In this document: in pieces, positions 1 through 13,400 of the stretch
Position numbering within the stretch: the stretch's first letter is position 1
How the letters are laid out: every line of letters begins with the position of its first letter
Source of the DNA: Trichoplax adhaerens
Taxonomy: Eukaryota > Animalia > Placozoa
Length of the DNA: 64,000 nucleotides
Reading direction: 5' to 3'
Assembly (NCBI RefSeq): GCF_000150275.1
Contig: NW_002060943.1
Coordinates: 2,296,738 to 2,360,737, forward strand
Translations under genes and position numbers: made by a program
Notes under the pieces: generated by a model
The model's database searches: none
Seen by the model: the letters and a program-made list of their open reading frames with translations, nothing else
What the model was told of the DNA's origin: nothing

Positions 1-135
1 CTTAAATATACGGATTTACGTAAACTACAGTACGTATAAAGTAACTCCTTCTTACTAAGCATCGAAAACTACGTATTCGCTCTGGTAACGTTGACTAATC
101 CATGTAATTCGCTTTTATTGCTTGGTATAATATAG

Positions 136-2583
136 GGTAATGCTACTTTACATTTATATCCGCACTTTAAACCCCTACAAAGATTCGAAGGTAAACTTCT
201 AATTTAAAGCATTCTAAAGATAGATATATCGTTGTATATTTATATTAGATATGGCTATAATTATGTGGGTGAATCAGTATTAATGGACAGAATTTTTGAA
301 TGGATTGACTTTATTAGGCGTAGTAGAATATTTGACAACGGAAATTTCTACTTCTAAGCAAAAGAAATTCTCCGTAATTACGTTTATTGATACTCCTGGC
401 TTAGTGGATGGCGATATGTTGTATCCATTTGATGTAGACAAAACAATCGAATGGCTAGGTAAAATTCACTGATCTATGCTCGACTGCTAGGACAACATTT
501 CTTATAGGATGCTCACCTCTAATAGAATTGTCCTGGATTTATTGATAGTAAAGTAAAATTGCCTTGAAGCATGAGTCACACCTGGAATTGCAACATTTAC
601 AATGTTTTTGACCATACTGTTGTTATGTATAATTTAATTTATTCATTAGGCAACATGGCAGATTTGATTTTTGTCTTTTTTGATCCAATTGGTCAAGCTC
701 TTTGTAAGAGAACACTCAATATTGTTCGTAAGTAGCAAAACATTTTCAATCTTAATTAATTTTTGGTAATGCTAGCATACTTATCACACTCGATATCCGA
801 ATTGCAGAAACTTTAAATGGTAAGCATGGAGATCGCCTTCGATTTTATTTAAGTAAGGCAGATACAGCCGGGACAGAAACGGATAGGCAGGCAAGTTCTA
901 CAGTAGTTCTATCTGATAAGCTTTATGCTAGTACTTGTAAAAAATCATTTCAAAAGGGCCCCAATTGGGCGTTTATTACAATTCATCACTATTAATTCGA
1001 TTATATGAAGATCCAGGATAATTTTAAATTTGGATTATTCTTTCAGCGGGTTATGATGCAAATTACTCAAGAACTATGCAAACGGCCTGGATTAAATAAG
1101 ACAGGGTTTGATATGCCGACAATTTATGTACCGTCTATGACCTCAGGCAAGGTACGCAGTAGGATTAGTGTACTAATGTATATTAGAAGTCGTTTTTATT
1201 AGGACAGTGATAGGTGAAATCCATGTGTTATTATGTTTAGCCTATAAGATGTGAGAATCAAATTGAAGATGTTTGCAAAACTGTGGAGAAGACAATTAGC
1301 CAGACGATTCAAAATACCTTAAATTCATTGGAAAAAGACTGCCAAAAAATTGCAGATGCTGTAGACGAGAAGCTTCGGATTAATGCGTGAGTACTACGTT
1401 AGCCTTTATCTAATTTTAATTTTACGCCTGCATTTGGCCTTAAAGCTAACATTCCAGTCTAGGGATTAACAAAATTCATGTAATGTGTACTGTATGATGC
1501 AAATTTTATAACTTCTTAGGCAGTAAAATACAGTACAATGATGTTTGAGTAGTTAGTACAGTATGATTCAATGTTTTTACCTGTTTCAATCTGATTATGT
1601 AAACAGTGAAAATTCATCGTACAACCTAAAAGCCCGTGGCAAAGGATTCATTTTCGGATTTTTTGGTTTAACATTGCCGTTGTTAATTTTGGTTGCATGG
1701 CTTACAAGCTTGCCAGTCATTAATAAAGTTCTTGGTTCTGAATTAACAGATACACTAAAGTCATACCTGGTATGTACTATGAATTTTGAGTAGAGGTGAT
1801 CAATATTAGTGTCGTCAATAAAATGATTTTTATTTTTAAGAGTGGCATTGCCACTCTTGTTTGCTTTATGTGAGTAGTGTAACTACTTTTTTGTACTTGT
1901 TAGGTGCATTTTACTGACTTATGGAACACCGTACCAGAGGAATACAAAACAAACTTATTAATTATTTTCATTGTGGTATCGTTATTATTACTTTATTTAT
2001 CTCGGTGGATGTCAAGGTACGGCATATAGGATCGCGTTGGTTTGTTGAGATTTTTCATTGTATTACAGCACATGCGTTCTGTAACATACGCAACTATTGA
2101 TGAAATAATATAGCATGCAACAGTACCGTAGTATGATAGTAATGCCATTAAAATTTGGTAGCTTCTTCTATTGGATACTGATTATATATTGTACATGCGT
2201 TGTTGTTATAGACTGAAAGACACAATGTCACGCAAACAAATTCGACGCATGATGGAAGTTCAAAGTTATGTAACTGGTCATGTGAAGACTAAAAAAGTAA
2301 GTTTAAATTTTGCAAATATCTTTAAACGATATTAACCAGTATTGACAATAACCATTACATCGATGCGAATTACGCATCGCATATTCATATGCAATCATGC
2401 CTACTGCATTAATTACGCCATGATAGACGTGTAAATCACTAAGCGTTATCAAGAACGTCAGAGTTGTCAATAGTCCTTTGAAACTCAATCTGCATATATT
2501 TTTCTTTTATTTACTACTTCTCTTAGGAACAACTATATCAAGAATATCTAACTCAAAGTATCGGTTCAACAGACCTGTCTTAA
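136..2583 (+). CDS. Dynamin-superfamily (EHD/sarcalumenin-like) GTPase with two C-terminal transmembrane helices; 5' end lies upstream of the window
   Basis: Spliced exons 136-190, 318-458, 650-727, 808-890, 1047-1151, 1241-1386, 1607-1769, 1904-2016, 2212-2296, 2527-2583 (TAA) give one frame. It contains G3 FIDTPGLVDG, ADLIFVFFD, G4-like LSKAD, a helical region and two hydrophobic segments (GFIFGFFGLTLPLLILVAWL; LLIIFIVVSLLLLYL). The P-loop is not in the window. Confidence 0.8.
891..1046 (+). other. GC-AG intron in the GTPase gene
   Basis: CAG|GCAAGT donor joins DRQ to RVMMQ in phase 0; no in-frame GT donor at this position. Confidence 0.75.
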
Positions 2584-3427
2584 TTAATTACCCACGATGT
2601 CATCTGCATGCAAATATTTGCTATTTTTAGTTATTCAACATGTAATTGAAAATTTTTCGCCATTGGTTATAGCGTAACAAATAAAAAGCAGCATTCGTTG
2701 CTGTATCAGTGTTCCATAATCCTGTCTTTGCTACTAGCTTAAACCGAGTAATCTCTGATATTCCATATTCATTCGCTGACAATGAATTTGTAGTTGCTCC
2801 AGATTTTAATAGCATAGCTAGGGTTGCACTTATTATTCAATAGATGTAAAATAAGGATAACTCTATATACAGACCTAGATAGAGACTGTTAACATCAATG
2901 TGGCATACTGACTTTTAATATTATAAAAAACAACGCTCTTTCAATCGTTTCGGCAAATAATCAGGAAAAATTTACATTACAAAATTGAATTGAGAACAGC
3001 TACATAACATCACACAGTTAAAATAATCACTTCTTACATTCATGATATGAAAGAAAGTTCAACGGTATTCGATGACGCTAAAAGGCATTACAATATTGCT
3101 TTCTCAGGCCTTTAGTTCAACATCTACAACTAGAAAGTAACATAATGAAGTTATCCCTAATATTTGTAGGTAATAATTATTGATTTTTCAAGTATCTTAA
3201 GTATCGATACAGTAAGGAATCCTACATTGGCAACATAACTAACGATCATGATGTTTTATGCTATCATTTTAGTAAACGGTTTAATATTATGGATAGCATA
3301 ACCGGCATAGAAATAACCAAAACCGACCTAATAGCTGCACATTTTTTTCTACTTTTACATCATACCAAGCAATATTTAGATATACGCGTACAAATACAGT
3401 CTGCTCAGTACCGTTATAATAGTCATC

Positions 3428-6400
3428 TTAATCGTCTCCTGCTTCATTGCCATCTTTCCAGCTTCGTGGCCGTGCTCCTCCAAATAAGTTCCTGGTATCT
3501 GAAGCAACAGATAAAGCTGGCGCACCTACCGATCTCGGTTGCAGGTTCAACTTAGGTCGACGAGAAGCAGTTTCTACAGGAATGTTAAAAAGCGATATAA
3601 AATGAATTTAACATCTTTAAGTATTTAGGGTATTCGATTCGCTATCAACTTTGTCTTGTATATTGGGTATAAATTTTCATTTGGCAAAATATTAATTACT
3701 TACACACATACACCGTACGTACAATGATACTGTATACTCGCAATGTGAACGTTAAACATTGCAAAACGACTCATTATTAAAATCTCATTTATAACATCTG
3801 TAATAAAAATGTGGCTAGTTTTCTACTATTATAATTGACCATCACATTTAAAATACAAATACGACTATAATAATTTACCAGGGGAAGGTTCACGAAATTC
3901 TTCCGGTGGTGGCCTACTGCTGCTGCTGCTGCTGCCGCCACGGCCTCGACCTCGATAATTCTGATATCCACCGCGGCGCGGACCTCCGCGTCCGCCACCA
4001 TCTAGTGAAACAAAAGATTCTAGTGAGATGAAACTTATATTGTAGGTCATGCACAAGCTATACATGACGATATTTGACTATTCAAGAGAATAGCAATCCA
4101 CATCAATGAGTAAAGAGTTACTGACATGAATTATCACGGTATCGACCACCATCTCTTCTACCATATTGTCCTAATGATATACGAATACATCAAATCACCA
4201 TAATTGCATCGTATAGTATGTACTGTAATATAATTTCTGAAGTTAGAGTCATTAGATCCTAATCAAAGTGGAACATTACCTTCGCCATCACCACGATCAC
4301 CGCGATCACCGCGATCACCGCGCTCGCGATCTCCATTGCCGCCACCACGATCGTTTCTTTTACCACCAGCGATATCAACTTTTATATTTCTATTTTCAAA
4401 TTCCTGTAATACATTGAAGACAGTGTTAAAGTTGAACGCTTTAAAATCCGTTTTAACATCAGCAGAGATTCATCTACCATTTTAAAAACTATATTTACTT
4501 TGTACATTAAATTGAGAAATGCAGGGGTATTAATAAATAAAATCTCTAGTTGAGTTCAATCTACAGGTTTTATGCGCACAAGATAATAAACATAGTAGAA
4601 AAAATGTCTGTAAAGTCAGTTTCAATATCTATATCTACTAGATGAGATTTAATTAAACAACAGTGGGCATCAATAATAACTACTATCGTATTCTACAGCT
4701 ACGGTCTTTGAAATTTTTACAACCTAAATTTATAGGCCTAGTACATACTGAATAATCTACGGTACCATTTAGAGATTTAATTTTTATAGTCAGTTAATTT
4801 CTTAATTGACGGAAAATCGAGCAATCTGAATTAATATACCGTCGTACTAATTGAATCGATTACAATTAACATTATGCTTTGCTGTTTTTCATCTGTCAAA
4901 ATCAAAACACCGAATGCCTTACCGATCCATTGTACTCAAGAGCTTCTTTCAATCCTTCAGGTGATGAAAATTCTACATAACAAAAGCCTAAAAAAATAGA
5001 TAGAATGTTACGTTATGATTTATAAAGCAACTAGGGTGTCTTAAGTGTAGAACAGATATGCTACATAGTTATTCGATGTCAATGGCAATCAAAATTGCGG
5101 TACTGTACTTTTTAAGACTATAAATAGTCTACGGTAATTGTTGTCAGAAGGGTACTATGCAGCACAGACACTTTTATACTATTCGGTCTTTATGCGGTAT
5201 TACGCGGAATGTTATCAATATTTAATGTCTAGTCAATTTTCTACATCACGTTCAACGTGCACATTGTGGCAGAATCTAGCTTCCGTTTACTGTTGTAATG
5301 TCGCTTGCAAGATCTATCCAAGGCAATGTATTACGTTAATTAACTGCTTCTATGAATGTGCCAATCGTGGCGCGATCAGTTATTTGGTATTTTGCGTATA
5401 TTGTATGATGTAACAGTCGAACGGTAGTCACTTCCGATAATTTTAGTTGATCAAAGCCTGATAATGTTTTCATCTTAGTCAGCCTATAACTCTGACGTGA
5501 GAGAATAATTATGCGTTACAGTACGGTATTTTAAAAAAGACTGGATAATAAAAACCAGAGATAGCACCATAGTGCGATTAGTTACTCTCAAACAAAATGT
5601 CGACATTGTAATTACCTTCTCATTACTACATATAATGAGTTTAAATAACATTGATACCATGTACAGAACACGTCTCATAAATGTTAAAACGGAAAAGAAG
5701 GCAATCATAATGGAGGTATCCATTGAAAAATTTCCGTAGTAGTAGAGGAAAAGTAGTTAAGGTACTTTTGTATGTCAAGAAAATCCATTGACGTGACGAA
5801 TCTCTCACAACCAAAAAGGCATCGGAAATTGATAATAAACTTCAATTATGATCTTCTACGAGCACCAGCTAGTGTACACTGTACAGTAGTAGCGGATACA
5901 TTTCATTTACAAACATTGTGGGGATGGTTAAAAAATGGATACAATGTAGTATACCCTGACTCGATTACGTTATTAAACAGTACAGTATAGGAAGTCATTA
6001 ATGTTGGAATTTTATACGCGCTTATTCATCATCCGATACACTTGCATTTGTATAGAGTAATGAAATATATACTAATTATTAAAACGGCTAAAATGAAACG
6101 AAAGTGTCTTAATGTATTCATGATGGAATAGAAAAGTTACAAAGAGAGAAGAGACTTTAATCGATGGCTAAAATCAAACTATTCCAATGATAGCAAGCAT
6201 GCATGCACATTTAAACCATCGCAAGGGCACCCTACAATGGCCTACATGGGTCGATGATTATAGGATTATTACACACATACTGTATTGCCTTATTCATTTA
6301 ACAAATATTTACGTAAAGATAATGACAATCTCGCCATTAGGTGAACAAGGTAGTGAAAATACCGTAGTATAATGAATGTATGATAGATACGTATCATTCT

Positions 6401-8099
6401 CCACGACTTGTCAAGGTAGCGTATTTACGATGACGTTGTAGGTCCTATCGTTATGTACACGTCTACTGAAACGATTGCGCTTCATGAATTGTCCTTGTGA
6501 CTAAAAGAATTGCAAGGTCAAGTAAAGAAAATCCTGTGCGATGATTAGGTTTTCATTGTGCTCTGTGTCATTAATGAATTCATCTCGACTCGTTTGAAGG
6601 CATTGATCGCATCGCCGACTACTACAACACGTCTACAAGAGTTGGGTCCTATTTGTCCAAGTTTATATTTTAAAAATAAACCTCTTTCAAGCTTACAGTA
6701 TACTTGCTGATTAGGGAAAAAATGGAATTAGAAGTTTACTTTACCTCGGAATTTGTCGGTTTCTCTATCACGGACCAAACGTACACTAACCACCTAAAAA
6801 AAAAAAATGTCAACAATTGGAGAAGTTATTACCAGTATTTAGCTCATGCATTCAAGGTCCATTCTATCCGTAGCTAGAGAAAGAAATTAATTTAAGATAA
6901 CATTTTCTTTCTGGGCGATTTATCGTTGCTCTTATGGATTCATTTGCCAGCAATATTGAAGGCGTGCTATCTACCGATTGGCCATGAATTCATGAATTCA
7001 AGAGAGATTGATTCATTTCAGGACAAGCCTGAATCATCTTGTCTCTGCCATGAATTACGGTACATTCTTCACGTCTACACTGACAGTATGAAAACCCATC
7101 ATGATGGATAGATATTGTTGTAACTTGATGTACGGTAATGTACGATCGTATTTTACAAAGCATAAGCTGGCTATAGCCAGTCTAGAGGACAAATTGTTGC
7201 CTAAGGAAAAGGATGCAAAGGGTAAGGAAAATGTTGGAAGACATGGCAACCAGCGTCGGCTGCAGTAAGTGAGAATCGCACGTGTACTGTACGACCATGT
7301 CGACTATAGCATGGACAGTCACTATCGATGTACCCAAACATGGGTCCATGTACGATACGGTACATGAGTGTTGACGGGTATTTTCAATGCTGGTATGGAT
7401 GACCAATGCATTGCAAGGGGTATCATGGAGGCAAGTTAAACGAGTTACTATAACGTACAAGGTAGCGTATACGCTAGTCCATAGTGGAAATTCAAAGAAG
7501 AGAAAATGAAATCCATGGTGGCAAAGAAAATTTTCATTGACGATGTCCAAGACTATCTGTCGTTCAATATTGATAGCAACACCTTGTAAGTGTTAATACA
7601 TTATCCAACTGCGACAGTCTACTGAGAATTGGGCTGGTTACGAGAGGAAGAAGATAGACTAGAGTAGTATACTATGTCCTGCCCTGTTGATCTTTTGCTC
7701 CATTGACGAAAGAAGACATTGGAGACAGTAATGGTTTGGAATGGGGAAGGGATGACCATAAATTGCCTGTGCAAGATACTTACATCTAAGTGCTTGAAAA
7801 TTTGCTCTAGGTCTCTTTGAACACAATTAAAGGGCAAATTACCAACATAAGCTGTATAAGGAGGCTCTTCAGGAAAAGGTTTCCGAACCCTGCTACCTCC
7901 GCCATAGCGTTGACCGCTACCACCTCTATCCGCGTCAGGTGTCCAATCCACATTATGAAAATGGAAAAGAAAGAGTCCGAATTTGAGTTCAACATCCATT
8001 CTAGCGCTACTCTACTTTAATCAAGAGTTTAATCTAGCGTTTATTACTCTCTATCACAAATTAAGGGATGGATTTTCCTTGTCTCTTACCTTCCGCCAT
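3428..8099 (-). CDS. EIF4H: Eukaryotic translation initiation factor 4H
   Basis: Exons 8099-8090 (MAE), ~7947-7784 ([22 protein letters not shown]), 6793-6745 ([14 protein letters not shown]), 4987-4923 (FCYVEF), 4403-4280 (IKVDIA, GDR repeats), 4170-4126, 4001-3879 (RGG-rich), 3573-3428 ([11 protein letters not shown]...[11 protein letters not shown]). RRM plus eIF4H-type C-terminus. Confidence 0.92.
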
Positions 8100-9064
8100 A
8101 ATTTCTGTCTCTATCCATGATGCCAGTGATTGTCAAGGAAAGAATCTTAGACCAACTAGCCGAATTGGCTTTGAAAATTGCATACAGTGGCACTGCTGAT
8201 GTTTACTTCAATCCATGCCATGGCTCGACCCTACAAAACGCTTTACAACGGGCTATGGTACGGTACCGTAGGCCATGGCAGCACGTCCAAGAGCACCCTA
8301 CGGGCCCAGTGGTTGTGAACAATACTGTACTGACGACAGCAGTAGCAGTGAAGCGCGTTGTACCACGACCGTGACAGGCTGAATCGCTGGGGGGCCTACG
8401 GCATGTTATCCAGTACGATGCCTGCCACCTACAGTACTGTACACTGTAGAGTACCATACTTTACACTGCGCGGCAGGGTACAGCTTTTTCTTGACCCTTT
8501 TACCCGGTGTTTTCAAACACTGGGTAAAATTGGTTTGGCCTGGTTTTACTGACTTGGGTTACAACCCTTTGTTACAGCCTGTTGAAGTTGTATTTTTGTA
8601 CTGGGCTTATTGGACCCGGGGTTACAACACTGTTTTGACGGCATGAAAAAAAGTCAACCCGAAACCTGGGGGGGGGGGATTCGCCTTCAGAATTGGTATC
8701 GTGGATACAGTGTTTGTATAGCGATTGCAGTCATTTCGGGTTCGAAAATCAACCATAACATGTCGTTTTATTGGGTTCGGGTTGCGTTTTCACTTTATTC
8801 AATGACGCACTCTAGCCAGAGCTGCATGAACATTTACTATGTTGAATATTGACTGAATAGTGTACACTGTACTAGAAATTAGGAATTCCGGTCCATTTTA
8901 TGCCCTAGTACTGTACTTAGTACTGTACTTGACTGCTTACAGTGTACAGTAGTGTGTAGCGTGAAGAAATTCAACTCCAATTTTTCAAAATGAAATAAAA
9001 ATGCCAAAACTTCATGAATTTTATTCCAATTTTGGATGAATCGGCGGTACACTGTAGCCTCCGG

Positions 9065-9126
9065 CATTTTGGAATTCTCTTTTAGTACCTAGAATACTGT
9101 AGGTGCTAAAATAGAATTACAAAATG
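9065..9126. repeat. Imperfect palindrome (27-bp arms, 8-nt loop), MITE-like
   Basis: CATTTTGGAATTCTCTTTTAGTACCTA ... TAGGTGCTAAAATAGAATTACAAAATG, 3 mismatches. Confidence 0.7.
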
Positions 9127-9229
9127 TTGCCGTGGACGGTACACATCGAAGTACTCTACTGTACCGTAGTCCGACCAAGACCAAGCACTGTACTCTGCAC
9201 TACTGTAATCCAGTCCAGGCCAGAACACT

Positions 9230-9605
9230 ACTCAGTCATGGACTGGAAACGTTCCTCGGATGGACGGACTTTCCATACCAGATAACGCCGAAAATGTTGG
9301 AAAAATAGTTACGCGGTCAATCTTCCGTGTCTGTTTTCGAAATCACTCGTACTCATTTGAATAATATTTATGATCGAAATTCACTGCTTCTCAGCAGAGC
9401 TTAGTAACAGGTAATGGAATACAATGCGCATTACTTAATTTAGAAAAAAATCAGTCCATTCAGAATCGACTATTTGCATACTAAAGTACTGTCATAATGA
9501 AGTGTTTGACACAATTTAAAGTATTGATCAAATAAGGCCAAATGTCTGTCCGTCCAAAGAGGAGTTTCCAGTCCAGGTATTTTCCCTAGCAGCCATGACT
9601 CAGGT
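9230..9605. mobile_element. Degraded inverted-repeat element
   Basis: CTCAGTCATGGACTGGAAACGTTCCTCGGATGGACGGAC (9231-9269) matches the reverse complement of ~9547-9605 with an internal insertion. Confidence 0.45.
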
Positions 9606-10456
9606 ACTACTTGGCGTAGCAGGTAGTCACTGATGGTTTGTAAATATAAATTGGAAAGAAACAAAATAACTCAATAATGCTGTAAAAATTAAAAAAAAAC
9701 ATCCTCTACCAATATTGCTCAAGGTTAGAGTGATCTGGATTCGTGAAATTTTAGCCGAATTTGATAGTAAATGCCTTAAAATGAATGACCTAATTAAGGC
9801 CTACACTATGGCTGAATAGTAAATAGTTTTCAACCAGTACTGTATAATTTGTACATTGTACAATATACAGTATAACGCCCGCCATGACCATCAAATAGTG
9901 GTCCAAACATTGATCCAACATTCTCATCTCCCAGTCACTACTCATTATGCGTAGCTCAACTTCAAATTTTAAAACAGAATTTTATTTTAATCATAAAGAT
10001 TGAACCAGTTCCTATATGGATACTGTTTCTTCGCCAGAAATGAAATCATCGTCGTTACTAATTGATAGTCATCAGAATCGATCAAAGATATCTATATTAT
10101 TATCATCTCAGAAATAGAGATATGAAGCACTACGACCAGCATAGACTACTTACTGTTATATTATTAATTAATTGATTAATTATTAAAAAGTGAATGCATG
10201 ACTATTTTCATTTGGATACATCATCGTATGATTTAATTTTTTACTTCAAGAAACATGGTTCTTAAAACGTACTCTTTCTCCTATAATATATCTAGTTGAG
10301 ACATACCGTTTAACATAGTGGTCAGTTGTGTAAACATTTGCTATATAATTTAATCAAATAGAGAGAATCACATTTCGCTAAAATTGAATTTATGTAATGG
10401 TATACAAATATACATCCATAGTATCTACAATTGAAAACCTGATTAACAATTGTATA

Positions 10457-13400
10457 CTACACATCTGTACTGTTTGATTGCAATATATAGTCTTCCTTCC
10501 CCAAGCGATTATTCGACTTTGCTTGATATTCATTGGATATCGGTGATTCTCGCTTGCTAGTGGTAGTATTTTCTGCTAATCAAACGTAAAAGAACTGAAA
10601 GTTACTTATGATGAACACCAAAATCCAACAAATCTATGAACTATGAAAGCCTTTCTAAAAACCACGTTTACAGTGAAACAACAAGAACTCTGAGGTACCG
10701 GGTATGCGATAAAGTTTTATAGCTAAATTTGCAACTTAATATAAACTAGTATAGCCACTACTGAAAATGCTATAAAATCATAAAATTGACAACTAATTCC
10801 GCCAATAAATTAAGTTCTCTGTCAACCTATAGAGCTGTCGGGTATATTTGCTCGCGTAGGCAGCGGCGAGTGCGGACTCTTGAGATCTTTTTCCTTGGCA
10901 TTTTTCTTACCAAATAGCTTTAATGATAATTTTTTCTTGGAAGGTTTATCCTGCGTGGTATAAATAGTAAAGTTTTTATTACACTTGGGTCAGGTTACAA
11001 GACAACATTTAGATATCCTTTGCAAAAATAAAATCGCGCTATGCAGAAAAACATTAGTAAGTGACAGGAAGTTTGGATAAAACACCTGCATGTTAGAATT
11101 ACAAAATTTATTACGGCAATGAAACGAACAAAGTATTAATGTATGAATCTTACCTGTACTCCAAGTAGTAGTCTGTACTTATCTTGGTCCGATGTTTTAC
11201 TATCCATATTTCAGAAACGATTTAATCAAGAGCTTAGCGAATATAACTATTACCTTTCATTGCTGTAACAAAAATTATAAACTATTCATCTTACGAGGCG
11301 TCGATATCTTTTGGGTTAGATTCTCCATCACTTGTATGACGAAATCGTAATTTTTCTTTAATCGCCTAATACGCGTATACGCATGAAAGCGGTACAATGT
11401 AAGCTTACGATAAATATTTTAAATTAAGAAGCTATGATTTGTAGACAAGGAAAGTTGGTAGTCATAAAATTGTTTGGACATCTGTCCCTTATTATCGCAT
11501 GTGCTAATAATAGTCCTGATAATGCAATACTATCCAGCTCAATATACAGTTACATCAATTAGGATTACCTGAGACAAGAGTGCCTGGCGGCAATCTTTTT
11601 TCATTGCTAAAAGTAGGTCAATCCATTGCCAGGTAACATTATGATATTCTAGTGTGGGCAGCGCTAGATTGAAGTCATTCACGTCAGCTAGATTTTTGTC
11701 TTTCTGACCCTAGAATCAAACAAATACACATATTCATGGCATATACTTGACCGTAGGTATACAATAACTACTGAAAGAGCATAAACTTAAATACTCAAAG
11801 TTTGGTTCTATACTAACCTTGTAACTAACAAGCAAGGGAACCTGCGGTATTTTAATGTAAATGAAGGTTTGATTTTTTGAGGCTCTCTCCTACGATTACA
11901 TAATCATTCATCAGTTATATTATAATTATAATAAGAACTTAGCAATTTTATGAGGCAATATCACACAAACTTAGTTTAAATTTTTAACTAGGTTTATAGT
12001 ATAAGATTACTTTCATTTTGTTGAGAACATCTTCATCATCTAACATCCGCCTCAAGAGTTTCTTGCTCTATGGTTTTTATATAAAAGTAAAGATAGTTTA
12101 CTTCCATATCAGTATAAATCTAATGCACTTCTAGTAGACAAACAATTAGCAACAAGATCCTAATGGTCAATCATATATCAATACTTTAACAATAACAAAT
12201 GGTGCGCATTTACCCTTTCGGCTTTTTGATCTTGATTAGACTCGCTATTATGTGTAAAGGAAATTCTCCTATGACTACCTTCAGATACAGATGCACGGGA
12301 TCGAACACTGTCAATGCTGTCGCATCTCTTAATCGACGAAGTGTCTTGACTTCTTGAATAGCGCTGTTCAGTAAAATGATGTAGTTGAGGTAAGTACTTT
12401 TCAAGAACTTACGTAATAGTAGCGTAGGAAGTAGTGGTCTGCTTTACCGAAGCATGACAGTTTCTGAATTCAAATAACTTACAAATTCTTTATGGCTTGC
12501 AGCTGGCGAAGAAGGAAAATTAAAGTGACTACTTCCACCGCTTTCACTAATAATACTCATTGTCTAATGTGACAGGAACAGTTATTATCTCAATATTTAC
12601 GTCAATTAATATACTATAAGACAGCCTAAATCTAAAGAGTGATTAGAATTATAGTGTTCTAGCTGTATCATGCGATATTAATAACATATCTCTATCTAAT
12701 CCTTACTAGCTAAAACTTCTACTTATATTAAACAAATCACATGAACTTCTAATCGAATATTGCTTAGCAATTTCTAAAATCTATACTTTTGTTAATTACT
12801 AAAGTTTATTCGTATTTTTATTACGTACGTCATCATCAGAGTCACTATCAGATCCTAATCAACAAAGTGATGATAAAAGTTAGCGCAATAAAAACTTATC
12901 ACAGATACAGGTGAAATCAAATATTTATTACCAGGATATTAATATGCAATAATTTTACCTAGTCTACTAGCGGTTTCATCATCATGTGATGCATCTGAAT
13001 TTTCGAAACGATGCGGAAAAAAGAACTTCATAAAATTTTTATATAAATGGTTGGTTAATCGTACAGCCAGGGGTACAACGTTAACTTCAAAATGTTCTTT
13101 AACAGAGATTCCACCAACTTCATAGTACAAACATGATTATGAAAGACAATTTTAAGCAGCTTAGTAAGTACGATAATGTACTTTCTTAATTGAGTTGATT
13201 AAGTCTTAGTTAGTAGGTTTAACGTTACCACGTGGCATTTCACGGCAGAATATCCGAACAGCAACATCGCGATCGATTTGAACTTTAGTTTTCAGTTTTT
13301 GGGGGCAGAGGGCATCCTGAATGCGTTAGAGATAATAAAAAATATCACTTTGGCATGGTAATTAAATTTAGAGTTTGCTACTTTTACTGATTTTGTTTAT

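Noticed and set aside
5940-6035. C-box-like GATGATGA in an eIF4H intron (snoRNA candidate)
   Set aside because: No D box (CTGA) or terminal stem at a suitable distance.
9470-9664. 64-aa minus-strand ORF with an acceptor-like site
   Set aside because: It overlaps an inverted-repeat arm, lies past the BLTP2 stop, and has no recognisable homology.
11254-11262. Apparent 9-nt in-frame microexon (AG|CAATGAAAG|GT) in BLTP2
   Set aside because: It would need a 32-nt upstream intron; the direct 95-nt intron already keeps frame.
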